DNA from: Callorhinchus milii
Lineage: Eukaryota
Length of the DNA: 64,000 bases
Assembly: GCF_018977255.1 (NCBI RefSeq)
Contig: NW_024704743.1
Span: forward strand, 44,518,001 to 44,582,000
Reading direction: 5' to 3'
Shown: piece after piece, positions 51,401-64,000 of the stretch
Position numbering within the stretch: the first letter of the stretch is position 1
How the letters are laid out: each line of letters begins with the position of its first letter
The notes under the pieces: model-generated
What the model saw: the letters and a program-made list of their open reading frames with translations, nothing else
What the model was told of the DNA's origin: nothing
Databases searched by the model: none
Program-made: the position numbers and the translations under genes

Positions 51401-54400
51401 TTAACACTGAATTTAAGAATTTTTCTACAATTTTGCACAATCTTTAATGTTAAGGTATATATAACACAATTTTACATTTATACATTTGGGTCACATAACT
51501 TAGTGAGGGCAAAAGTATAATTTACATCAGCTAAAGTAACTTACTAATTCCTTATCTTATCATTGTGAACTTGAAAAGTTTCATTCCATGGGAAAAAAAT
51601 GTAAAAGTTGTTGCTTTCTTAACATTGATTTTTTTATGCACCAACTAAATTTAGAGTCTGATAAAAAAACACACACAAAATGATTTCAATTGGAAAATAG
51701 CGGCGGGTAGCCTTCAGATAAACCCAGAAAGTAGAGCAAATAGACTATACTGATCTGAGGCAAAATGAAGCAGGATCAAATACTCAATGGGTAGAGACGT
51801 TAGCAAGCATGAAATGAGACGTTCTGTAGGCTGACTGTAGTTTCAAATATAAAGATCCAAAATTCCACAACTACCACTTTAATTATTCATTCAAGAGTGT
51901 TAACTCCTCCATTCTCCTGCCACCTGAGATCCCTTTTAAAAACATACATTTTTGCCAATTTCCCCCACTCCCCCCAGTAAGTGTTTGACACCTTTTTCCT
52001 TCTGTTGAGGTACAGTTTCACACACACTATTTGCTCTCCTGTATCTCACTCAAGTGGCCATTATTGACAATATGTATTGGCAGCCTATTGGACACTGGGG
52101 GACATCTACAGCAGGGTTTGTTAGGCAGCGAGTGATCAGGAGCAGCAACCCTGATCAATGTTTCTCCCTCTTTACTTGGAGTGCTGACGCTGACTCTAGT
52201 CACTTTACCACTACCCATATCAACTCGTTCAACTCACACTTGGAACCTCTGCAACTCAGAAAATTCATTTATCAACGAACTTTGTTGACTTCTTAGTTAC
52301 AAAGTGCACAATTGCACACATTTCTAGTTCTGTCAACTTGGAAGAAGCTACAATCAGAATCTCTCTCTCTCACACACAAACATATTATGCTATATAAATA
52401 TATATATGTGTATGTGTTTCTGTGTAAAATATACATTTTAAGCAGGAACTTTTCCACATAATGCCATTAAAGCAGCTCTGCAATCCACTGAACATAATCC
52501 ACAAAATATAATGGACCCAGAGGGGAGGGCAGGGAATCAACACCTTCTAAGAAGATGAATACACCTATACCTACTAAGAATGGGTAAGATGAGATCTAAA
52601 AATGGCCAAGGTTGTCTATCCTTTTGACTGTACAACCCAACACGACCATGCAGCACAAAGCACATATCATACAAAATAAAAATCCATAAAAATACAAGAA
52701 CGAATTGGCAATTCCATGACAAATAATAAACTGCACACTCACCCCCTGTTTGATAATAGAATAAACCACCTCAGACCACTGACGTCGCTAACGCACTGCA
52801 TTACTGCCTCTGGGATATTAGATCAACCATTAAATTCTTTCAGGAATGCTTAGTCAAACATGCAACATCTCTATTTACCAGTGGATCAAAACTGCAACAG
52901 TGTCAAATACATTTACATGACCACCTGAGAGTACTTCACTGCTCCAGATTCTGTGAGGACACCCACATTGGGATATTCAGTTCATCCCTAGAGTCACAAA
53001 TGGCCTATGAAAGTTTTACTCGGAGGTGGAATAAACTAAGTGTTCTGAAGCTCTGCACTCTCTAGTCAGTTTATACCACACAATATCATGTCAATGTTTA
53101 ATATAATATCTTCCCACCCTATGATCTTGGAAGCAAAGGCTTGGTTTGTTTCAAATTGATATTTTTCCCTTCAAAAATGTTTTTAAACAAAGACAAGTTA
53201 ACAATTAAATTAGCAAATTTTCTGGAGAACATAGGAACGAATGGGTGAAAATTCTTTGAGGCTGTTCTGTCGTTTTGTTAGATAATGACAGATCTTTTAC
53301 TGCTAATTCCTTGCCTTTTATCCATATCCCTTGATATCCAAGTATCCATCTTATCTCCCTTTTAAACATCCCAAATGATTCTCCATTGGAAGGGAAAGAA
53401 GATGGGTTCTGGACACGGGGAACTTGCTGGATTGGACTCAGGAGTTGAAATAACTCTAGTTTAAATGTTATTTAAGTTAAATACTGTTCTCTATTAAATG
53501 ATTTGCATCCCATCCCTCATCTCATATATGCATATGAATGGTATAAAGGACAATCAACAATTCTACCACGATTTTGGCATCACTGGAATCTTCAGTTAGC
53601 AGCACAATTTTCAGCTGAAGTCCTGTAAAGGTTGTCCTTTCAGTTAACATACAGAGCCACTTTGAAACAAAAATAAAATCCGGGTTTCCACTATAATTGA
53701 TTTTAAACGGGTAAATTCAGGACAGTAGACTGATGAGCTACGTCGTGCTGACAAGACAAGAAAGCAAATCAACTGGAGGAGCAGAACCAAAGTTAAAGGC
53801 AACTGATTACAGTGTCACTGAGTTCCAATGCATAGACAATTTTTTTTACACACGCAACACAAAACATGGGGAATATATTGATTTATATACATATAAGCAA
53901 GGTGCAATTCGAAGTATAGAATAACCCTGTGCTGATTCTTGAATGGCTGTTAAGGACTGAGTAACTAAATGATGCTTCCTTAAAATGCTACAGCTTACCG
54001 TTGCCTCATTGTCAGTTTGCTCTTCTTGAAAATACTTGCTCTGCACTGTGCCATACATAATTTACAAAAAAATTACAATGTTCAGAAGCAAGAAGATTAG
54101 AAAGCTGTCTCATTTGATTAAGTTACACTTCTTTTAAAAAGGTGGATCCTTATTAAAAGGAATAAAGAAGAAACAGCTCGAATGTAAGTAATATTGTGCA
54201 AACTTGTGATTTTAAAAAGTGGCATTTTTTTCTTTTTTTCTTAGGTATTTCATTCTTTAGTAGTTTAGGTGCTTTGAATATATAAACATCGGAGTCTTGG
54301 CTTCCTACGAGATCCATTATTTGATTGTCTTGTGCATTCAAAGTTCTTAATGTGTAAGTTTTGCTATGCAGTGTTTAGTAGGCAACTGGATGTCTTAGCT

Positions 54401-55480
54401 ATTAATGTGCAAAGGCATTTAGCTTGGGTACAAAGAAATGGCTTTTTCGCCATAAAAATAATCAGTTATTAACCAATTGTTCGAAGGCCAAACCCATTTA
54501 ACTTTTAGGAGAATATTTTTCTTTCAAAAGGAGCATATAGTATTTACTCATCGATCCCTCTCATTCCAGGCAATTTCTAACAATTTCTCGTTTCAACACC
54601 TTTCCTCCTTTCCACCCTCCTCATCCTCCCTAACCTCTTCCAAGATTAAATGTGCCATAATAATAATAATATAATAGGAAACTCAAGATAATGCAAATAG
54701 CTATAGAATCATCATAGCAGGTGGGTGCAAGTTGATTTGTGTTCTTTGCCAACTTATCATGCAAACCAAGGATGCCTTAATTTATTGATCAACATAACAC
54801 TGACAGATTAATACTGATCATTGAAAACTCCTGCCTGGGGTCTGGATTCCATCTAGAAAGTATTGGTAGATGGGGGTGGAGGTTAGCTAGTCTGTTTCTA
54901 TGAAGCCTGCAGCATCCATAACAAGAAAGTTGCAAGTCTTTCATATGGTTAGTGCTCCGAGACTCGAAGTGCGCTATACAAATGCAAGTTGTTGTTCGTA
55001 TGGTTCTTATCATGGAGTTGGAGCCAGCAGCATCTCTCAGATACCCTCTACATTACTGTTAATGGTGGACACAATCATAGGGACAGTCATATTTTATAAT
55101 GTGTATTTATCAATTTATCCCCAGTTTAAAGGAATAGAGCTGCAGAAAGTACAGTTTCATTCCCAGGCTGTTAACATGATCAGCCAGTGTGTTAGCAACA
55201 TGTTCAGCAGCAGGGACTCTGAACTTGGGGAATCATTTATGGAAATTGGGCTGAAGGATAAGTTTTAGAGAAACTCTGAATTATTTGAAAACTTTTTAGC
55301 TTCACGAACAAAAGCTTAAAATATTAACACTTTAGTGATAGCCAAAAAGTAAAAAATATATTAAACAAGAGGCTTTAACTCTCTGTAGGTGTCGGAATTC
55401 ATAAACATTGTAGGAATTAGATTTAGCACCAAATATAGGCTGTTTAAAATGTCCAATAAAGATGGGTTCAGGAAAGCCAG

Positions 55481-55620
55481 CCCTCTGAGAAAGGTTTGTG
55501 GACCTGAAATGTTGACTCACTTTCCTTTCTCCATAAATGCTGCCTGACCTGCTGAGTGTTTCCAGTGACTTTTGTTTTTGTTTCAGATTTCCAGCATCTG
55601 CAGTATTCTGCATTTTATTT
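55481..55620 (+). mobile_element. Penelope-type terminal repeat fragment (second copy 20844-20940)
   Basis: GACCTGAAATGTTGACTC...ATGCTGCCTGACCTGCTGAGTGTTTCCAG...TTTCAGATTTCCAGCATCTGCAG, a common cartilaginous-fish repeat from memory; degenerate hammerhead core at its 5' end. Confidence 0.55.
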
Positions 55621-56630
55621 ATTCTATTACTTTAGGTGGTGTGAGACATCATGTCAGTGGTGGAAATCTTTTTATTTTATTTGATACAAATTATTTACCT
55701 AAAGCCCAGCAAACCCTCATTTTATTGTGCATTCATTAAAGTGCAGGGGACTGCCACAGTGGGTCAGTATCAGGCCACCCAGGTCAGGTATTGATAGAGT
55801 AAAGTAGTGTAATACAATAATGTACCTTAACTCAAATCCCAGAAGAACACTACTCTAGTGTGAACATTTTGTACCCCACTTATTCTTTTGGTCAAATTGT
55901 GGGCAGGTTCTCGCTGTTGCTGCTTAAACTTGGTATTTGACAAATGCAACCAATGACCAAAAAATAAAGTTTCAACTGTTAGCTGGTTGGGAATCCAGGA
56001 CCCAGAGGTGAATGGATACAATACAAAAATTTTATTTGGTTAGTAACCTAATGCAATTTTCCTATGTTAATTGTGTATGTGAATTGCCGGTTTATTTGAG
56101 CATGTTGTACGTAAAACAAGCATCGCTCGCGATCCTTGGTAAAGCACCATTATGAGACTACTGAATAGTAAGGCTATACTTCTCAGATATTGAAGAGGGA
56201 TGGCTTAGAGCTGTCATTGTTCTCCGAGCCCACAGATGTGTGCCAAACGAAATTAAGACTTTACTTCGCTTTTCACCTTACAAATACGTTTTGAAATTAT
56301 CCTTCAGATAAAAAAATCAAATTGGTTTGGCCTTACACTACAGTGACTAAGATCCATGCAAGGGAAAATTCATACGACACCTGGTGTTTGGAGTTCCTGA
56401 CACAAACAATATTCTACCATACTGTACATTTGGAAACTAACAACCACACACACTCCACAAAATAAGCAAGAATGTGTACAAAAAGCTACGTCCACAAAAT
56501 CACTAGTACCCGCATTAATGGAATGTTTCCAACCATATCTAGGAAAAAGGTACCCTATGAAGTGCAATGAAGCATTGTTCAGTAGTGCTAACGTAGTTCA
56601 CAGACAGCCAAGCTGCTCATACTCCCATTT

Positions 56631-56875
56631 CTAATCTTCAAAGACTTCCAGGAATAAAGGAGGGAAAAGTTCTGTCGGGCATTCCACCTTCATATGAAGA
56701 AAGCGGCTTGCGTGGCAGGCTCCAATCATTCGCAGGTCGGTCACCTTCATCAGTAGTTTTGGCCAAAAGTGAGTAACGTTATTATGTTTGCGATAATTAA
56801 TGTAGTGTTCAAATGCAAGAAGAAAGGACTCTTGGTTTTTTTCTATCTTTTCTATATTGGTAAGGCCAGGTCGAT
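56631..56875 (-). CDS. THRB: Thyroid hormone receptor beta, last coding exon
   Basis: [81 protein letters not shown]; tgtag acceptor; not in the supplied ORF track, read manually. Confidence 0.97.
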
Positions 56876-59800
56876 CTACACAGGAAAAAAAAAGAGCCAG
56901 TGTTACTTAAATCAAACCCATAAAACCAAATTTAACATGTTAAAATAAGAACAGCCTGTTCTTTGTCAAATATCAGGCCAGAAACTGTAATACAATTTGC
57001 ATTTATATAGCACTCTTCGCAGGGTAATATCTTAGAGCACAATACAAAGACAGGGTTGGATGCTGAGCATGGGAGAGGGGAGAAGGGAGGTGGCCATAAA
57101 TCTGGTCAAAGAGATATGTATTAAGGTGGAACTTAAAGTTAGCTAGCGAGAGAGTGAGATAAAGGGGTAGGAGGGAGGGAGTTCTGGAGTTTAAGGGTAC
57201 AGAATCTAAAGGCTCAGCAGCTGATAGTGGCGTCAAGAGAGCATGGGATGAACAGCAAGTGATAATATTAATAAACTTAGAAAACAAATTCTGTTGCTGC
57301 AGAGAGCTGAGAAAGTGGTACTCAATGATAAGTGTACGTGGTATCATAATGTTTTTTGTTGGCAGCAATGCATCAGTTTATCAGTTGTATTATATAACAG
57401 ATAAAAGTACATTTGCAGAAAGTAAAATGTTCAAATCTGCAAATCCGACCGTATTAAGCAATGGGAGGATTTCGTTCTACAACAACAACTTGCATAGCAT
57501 CCTTCATGTGGGGTAGTGTCCCAGAGCTTTTGACAGTGATGGAGTACGACTCCGAATTGGCGGGAGGTGACGATCAAAGAAAAAGTCTTTCAGGCACAAC
57601 ATGAAGATGAGAAGGATGGGCACGGCAGGGTTCTAAACAAAGCATGAATGCCTAAACCAGGTTTTGCTCTTCCTCGTGTTACAGCGCTATTGTGTGCTTA
57701 TGTTTGGGTGTCTGAATCATTCTGCAGTTATCACTAAAGAGTAGGTGACATACTCCCAAACTTTTAGCAATGCCCCTTCTGAACTGGAGCTTCGAGAGGT
57801 GCAAGCCAAGAGGGTAAATAATGACTGCCATAATATTTTACAATTCTATGATTAAGAATGTAGGGCAAATGCTGAAAATCTGGTTGCTAACAGCAGGGTG
57901 TTTGCTTTGAGACATAAAACAAAACCGTGTTCAGAGCTGTGTAATCTGTAAGGTCAGATAAATCAGACAACATTCAGTTCAGCATTAACATTTTCATTAA
58001 CATTCAGACGAATTTGGCAGGATTTCCCAATCTAGTCGTGCCTTGTCAAAGATGTGATGCTGAACGGAATTTTCATCCATGTAGATTTGAAGGAATTAGT
58101 TTGAACTTTGTTTACTGTTTGTTTGTAATGTTCAGCCATTAAGTAAGAAAACAATCAGAATGCAAAGCCAACTCCAAGGTTCTTACAGGAGCATGTGGAT
58201 TAGTGGAAGGTTTAATGAGCGACTGCTGGCAACTGAACAAATTACTGTAATTACAGATATAAACACTAGATAAGTAGGTAGCTTTAATTTCCTGGGAGGG
58301 ATCAAAACAAAGCTTAGTTCGATAAAAAAGCAACAAAGCTCTTTTTCTGAAGGCGTTGGTATACAGTTCTATGGATGTCCTCAAGTGCTGACCATTCTTC
58401 AATGTGTTAGGCTAGACACTGAGTACTGACAGGCTTTGTGACTGTAGGAACATCACATCTCAACCCACTCTCTGTCCACTCTCAACACCCACTTTGCAAC
58501 AGGTGTCAATAATAGTAATCAGCAACCTGGCTCATTCTTATCCCCTCGCTGGCCCATGGGGATTAAAGCAAGCTGTTGTACCCCTACTGTATCCTGGCTG
58601 AAATATTCCAACTCAGCACAGCTCAAGGATCAAACCGGAGATCTTCCTGAGGTATGGCTCAGTTCCACACTGCAGTGAATTAATCATTATTACAATGTCA
58701 ACATAATCTTTAAAGACGAGGAGGCCCAGATCTTACATGATAGTATGGAACTACATGCCACTGAAGAGTGGGAGATGAAAGAGATCAGCAAATTACAGTC
58801 GCTGGTGTCAATGCTTGGGCCAAGTGAGTGAGATTAATCTCGATGTTGATGCGGAGGCTAAGGGCATGGGCACTGCTCAATGCTGTTACTAACAAATGAT
58901 GTGCTGCATGAAGTGACAATTCCTGACAACCAAGAAACACTTGGAGGATACGACCCATTCAAAAGGCAAATATTCATGACACATTCTCTCGGAACAGTGA
59001 ACTTTTATTTGGTACCAAATACCAGCAAAGGTATTTAGATGTCAACCAACTTCAAGCACGTTTTGGTGAAATTAGGAACATAACTCCCACAGAACCTGGA
59101 TAGCTTCTCCCCAATCTTGAGAATGAGTGCTGAACATGACTGAGTTGGATTCTTTAGGAAGCAGCATGGTACAAGCACATTCTGAACCACCCTGTGATCT
59201 GAATCTCTTTGTCTTGGTTTCTCAGCTTCAGTTACACATTATAGAATTTAGCACTGCCATCTTTTCTTCTAAGATTACTTAGGTGTTGAACAGGTTGAAA
59301 ATCATTCTCTTATAGAAAGCCCAATACTACAATCCCCTTGCTACATGTGCATGTATGTTGCAAATTTGAGGGACATTGACAATAAAAGCTGGGAACATGT
59401 AAAAAGTGTTTATGATGTGAGACAGATGCAATGTCTGGAGCAAAACAGCCTGTGTTGGCTGTTAATCTTAAACAGATGACGAAATAGTGGAAGGAACTAT
59501 AAATAAATACTATGGGCTTGTAGATGTTTATTGGGATTGCAAATTTTAGTCTCACAATCTGTGAAAAAGAGTTCTATGTTTTACAATTCAATACAAATTT
59601 AAATTTATATAGTTCCTTTCACGTCAGGAGGACATCCCAAGGCACTGATCTCTCAAGATTTAGGAAGGCTTTGATGTTCTGTAGTCAGAATAGAAACCAC
59701 ATCATGTGATAAAAGGCTTTGCAATAGGAATAAGTGTAACATGTTTTGAAATGACATTTGTTTGAGATCCTTTATAGATTAACAAGCAATTAGTTCAAAA

Positions 59801-61796
59801 AAATCTTGCATTTAAAAAAAAACTCTTTGAAAACAAAAAAAAGGAGAGTGGCTTGAAAGAAAGTCTCTCTTTATCTTAGAAGAAACACTGTATTTGGATT
59901 CGAATCACAGTTACCAAATTAAATCAGGTAATTTATACCAAAGTATAGTAGACACCAGATTCTTGTTTTATACTATTTATCATAAACATTGCAATAGCGC
60001 CTTATCATGTCATCAAGATGTCACACAGCAAAATCCCAGCCATGAAATGAATGGACCATTTTTGTTGTGTTCCACCAGGTAACTTGTTAATTTTATTTTA
60101 TACGTGTTGGAAACTTGGATATTTAGTTATTCTGTTAATTGATGAACCAAAGTTTGTTCTAATTTAGATTTGTGTTTGCTTTTCATTTCAGTGAATGTCA
60201 ATTGAGGAAGAAAAGTGATATCTTTGTGATTCAATGAAAATTCTGTGTAGTTTCATTATCTGGCTAGGGGCTGGTCAATCTGAGTAGATGGCTGACGTTA
60301 AGCAATAGCTAAAAAAAACCCAGAGGGTAAGTTCATAATAATAATCCTTGCATTTGGATATAGCGCCTTATCACGTCTTCCAGACGTCTCAAAGCGCTTC
60401 ACACAGTATACTGTAAAGTGAATTCACTATATGTTTTGTAGTTGAAAAAAGGTGGCACGCAGTGCCAACATTTGGCCATCTATGAGAGACAGAGGTGAAC
60501 ACTGCAACCTAAAATAGCGACGGCATGTCGATCAAAACAAGTTGCTTTTTCGCCAGTAGCAAGAATACTTGTGCAAATGTCAAACTGTGCATCTGATTGA
60601 GCAGTTTTATACTCTGCAATGGTCCTTCCTGCAGCATCATCTGAATCTGCTATGAACAAAACTGATGTAGAAAGCTATTGCATTGTATGAACTCTCACCC
60701 TATAGAGACAGCACTTACATTAGTCAGATGATGGTATGCAATGCACCTACAGTGCAAAATAACCCCAGTTAAACCACACTTAGACGGACAAATGGGGGGG
60801 GGAGAGATCTGGTGAGCCAGAATTCCTGGCTAAGTGTAATTACAACGCCGGTACCAGCATTGTAAATGCCAATACCATCATTGCAATTGTTTGAATCCCG
60901 CAAGGTAAGCAGAATGCATCCATCCAAAAAGAGAGTGTGCATTCCATCTTGCGAATAAACTATCTTCTGTTCATGCGAATCAAACATTCTGAGTCAGAGA
61001 TGATATCCCTAGCCACTGAGAAGGCTTTTTAGCATGGCCTTGGGGTATGCTAGGAGAATTTTAGCAGTCGGGAGTTTACACGACGTGTGGAAATTGTTTC
61101 AGGTCTGGTTTGAATTCTGGAGATCTTGAGTCCGTTAAAGCATGGGGTTACTTTGTTCAAAAACTTTGTGTATGTGACCATTTCAGAAATAAACTAGTAG
61201 TAATCATCAGTGCACAGTAGTTTCTTTTTCATTCACATTGTTCTTAATTACTCTGCATCTCATGCACCTTGGCCAGCCATGCAGGCAGGCAACCCAGCTT
61301 GAAGCCTCTGCCAATGGTTATGAGCTGTGCACCAAGAGGTGTACAACAGTAGACTGTAGGAACAATCCAATTCGCTTGCTCTCCTTTCTGGGAAGCCCCA
61401 GGCTATATCATGGAGTGATGATGCAAGTTTGAAATACATTCCAAATCTTTGAAGGTTATAATTTTCCCCACAGACTCACGGTAAGGTATTGTTCCACAGG
61501 TGTTAGTTAGCTTTCTGAACAACGACACTGCATGTCGGCAAATCTTATTTGATTGGGGCAGGGTAATTGGTAAGACAAGGGGAGTTATGGCCAAGCCTGA
61601 CACTCGTACACAGGCGCTATTCAATGGAATCACAGAAACACAATGAAGCATCCCTCTATTTCCCTGGGAGAGACAAGCTAACCAGAACAAATCAGGGGCC
61701 TGCTTGTTCTATAGGATTTATTACTACACCACATGGAGCTCTTACCTACCATTGGGGGAGCAAAAACTACAGTTTTAAAATGTATCTACTAACTGA

Positions 61797-62186
61797 GGAG
61801 TCCTGTAGCTTAGTGGTTAAAGAGCTCGCCTCGGAAGCGAGAGGGCCCGGATTTGATTCCTGGGAAGGGAGAAACGTTGGGCAAGTTTCCTTACTCCACA
61901 CCCCTCTGTTTACCCAGCAGCAAGTAGGCACCCGGTTGTTAGTCGATTGACGGATTGCTTTTCCAGGGGTAATAATTCCTCCATACAATATATACATATA
62001 TATTTTGGTCACTCAATTCATGAGTGTTTGTGGGAAACTGCTGTACGCAATTGGCCACCACGTTTTGCGGCTGCCACGTTTTGCCCACAAAATAGTCAAT
62101 TCACTTTAAAGTATATCCTATGAAGCACTTTGAGACGTCTTGAAGACATGATAAGGCGTGATATCAAATGCAAGCATTATTATTAT
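61797..62186 (+). mobile_element. tRNA-derived SINE, older long subfamily
   Basis: Full length with central segment. Confidence 0.88.
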
Positions 62187-62695
62187 CATTTGTCAAAATG
62201 TTAAGATTGCCATAAAGCAAATACTTTGAACTCAGAATGTCTAAACATTCTTTACAGCTTTTCAAAGTAAATAACACTTCAAAATTCTTGTGTTGTTTCT
62301 AATTTTAAAAATTCCAAACAAGAATACTTAAGCACATTTTAATTCTTTGCATCCTTCTCTCGAGAAATCCAAATGAAAACTTTCTTGTGATTTAAAAGAA
62401 AAGATTACTGTAAATACAACAACAACAACAACAACAACAAGATTCCATTTATAGAGCGCCTTTCATGTCGGGAGGACGTCACACAAATCACACAAGTTCA
62501 AGTTGATTAATGGATTGAGACATTCAAAGCAAATTACTTTATACGATCACATCTATAGACATTAGCAATCTAGAAGATCAGGAATGTATAACTTGTATTG
62601 CTAGTCTGTATGAATAGAATGAACCCTTAGCCCACCCACAGTCTGAGAAATTGGTGCGTGGTGCAACCAGAGTGGTTTTAAAGCACTACCTTTGT

Positions 62696-63030
62696 GGAGT
62701 CCTGTAGCTCAGTGGTTAGAGCACTCGCTTTTGCAAGTGAGAGACCTGAGTTCAATTCCAGGCAGAGGGCAAAAAGTTGGGCAAGTTTCCTTACTCCACA
62801 CAGAGCCTAATAATAATCCCTCCAAAACCAAAAACAATAATAAATTGGTCATTTTCAATCTACGACTGTTTGTGGGACATTGCTGTGCGCAATTGGCTGC
62901 CGCGTTCGCCCACAAATATACAGTCAATTCACTTTACAGTGTGTTCTGTGAAGCGCTTTGGGACATCCTCCCGACGTGAAAAGCGCTATATCAAATGCAA
63001 GGATTATTATTATTATTATTATTATTATTA
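62696..63030 (+). mobile_element. tRNA-derived SINE, young short subfamily
   Basis: A/B boxes, body, (ATT)n tail. Confidence 0.92.
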
Positions 63031-63309
<279 letters not shown>

Positions 63310-64000
63310 CTAGAAAACCAGCAGGAAGGAATCAGTGAACACCTTCAAACAATAGCTCTCGAGAAGCAACATGATTAATCATGATGCACTATTAATGTGT
63401 GAGTACGTGCACATTGTGTGTACAAAGAGAAAATTAAAGTAAATCGTCTGAATACACAAAACAATTAAGGGAGACATTGAGCTACATGTCGCCATATGTA
63501 TACACCTGTAGTGAACATTGAGCAAGTGTTTGTATAATTAGTCACAAGGAAAACGATCTAAACACATGTTTTGGATGATAAAGAAAATCACTTTTCCTTG
63601 CTCCTTCACTCCCTATATTACAATCTCAAAAATTGTGACTTAAATCAAAATTCTCAAATCGCTCTCCACCCCCCACCCCCACACCCATTCATCCCATCTT
63701 GGTGACCCTATTGTTTTCGGAAATGGCGGCGAGATGTTCATCTTACGCGAAAGACCCCATGTAAGTGCAAGTTGTTGTGCTATTCATATGATGAGAGAAA
63801 GGACTGATTATTTATTTTCCTGTGCCCATCTCCTGAAGATAATCCCAATTTATAAACAAATATTGTACAAAGAACGAAGGAGAAGATAAGTATTTAATAT
63901 TTTACATTTTCTACACATCTATTAGAACTATACCAAATCATGTAACTTGTTGTGCACGAACTTCCTGCAGTTGAATATTGACAAGTTAGAAGCCATTCAC

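Overview
Vertebrate genomic DNA, most likely a cartilaginous fish (inferred from the tRNA-SINE, L2, CR1 and Deu-domain repeat content), covering the conserved RPL15 - NR1D2 (Rev-erb beta) - THRB block. RPL15 (+) is complete: a non-coding TOP exon plus 3 coding exons, 204 aa. NR1D2 is on + with a putative exon 1 at about 24.9 kb and LBD exons at 34.7-36.4 kb. However, a ~2 kb piece holding the second zinc-finger exon and the 5' half of the hinge exon lies on the opposite strand next to a 25-N gap, and exons 2-3 are absent. This is most likely an assembly problem, although the right junction is gap-free and re-inversion restores the frame exactly. The last two coding exons of THRB lie on - and converge on NR1D2. 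The rest is SINEs, L2/CR1 LINE fragments, MITE-like hairpins and large G-rich or (GT)n-based minisatellites. The most notable items are the NR1D2 inversion, a RevDR2 autoregulatory element matching the one I recall from the human NR1D1 promoter, decayed minimal hammerhead ribozyme motifs in a Penelope-type repeat, and an unidentified ~600-bp interspersed repeat family. I found no convincing novel multi-gene system. Repeat boundaries are approximate, and comparisons to human proteins and repeat consensi are from memory, not from alignment.
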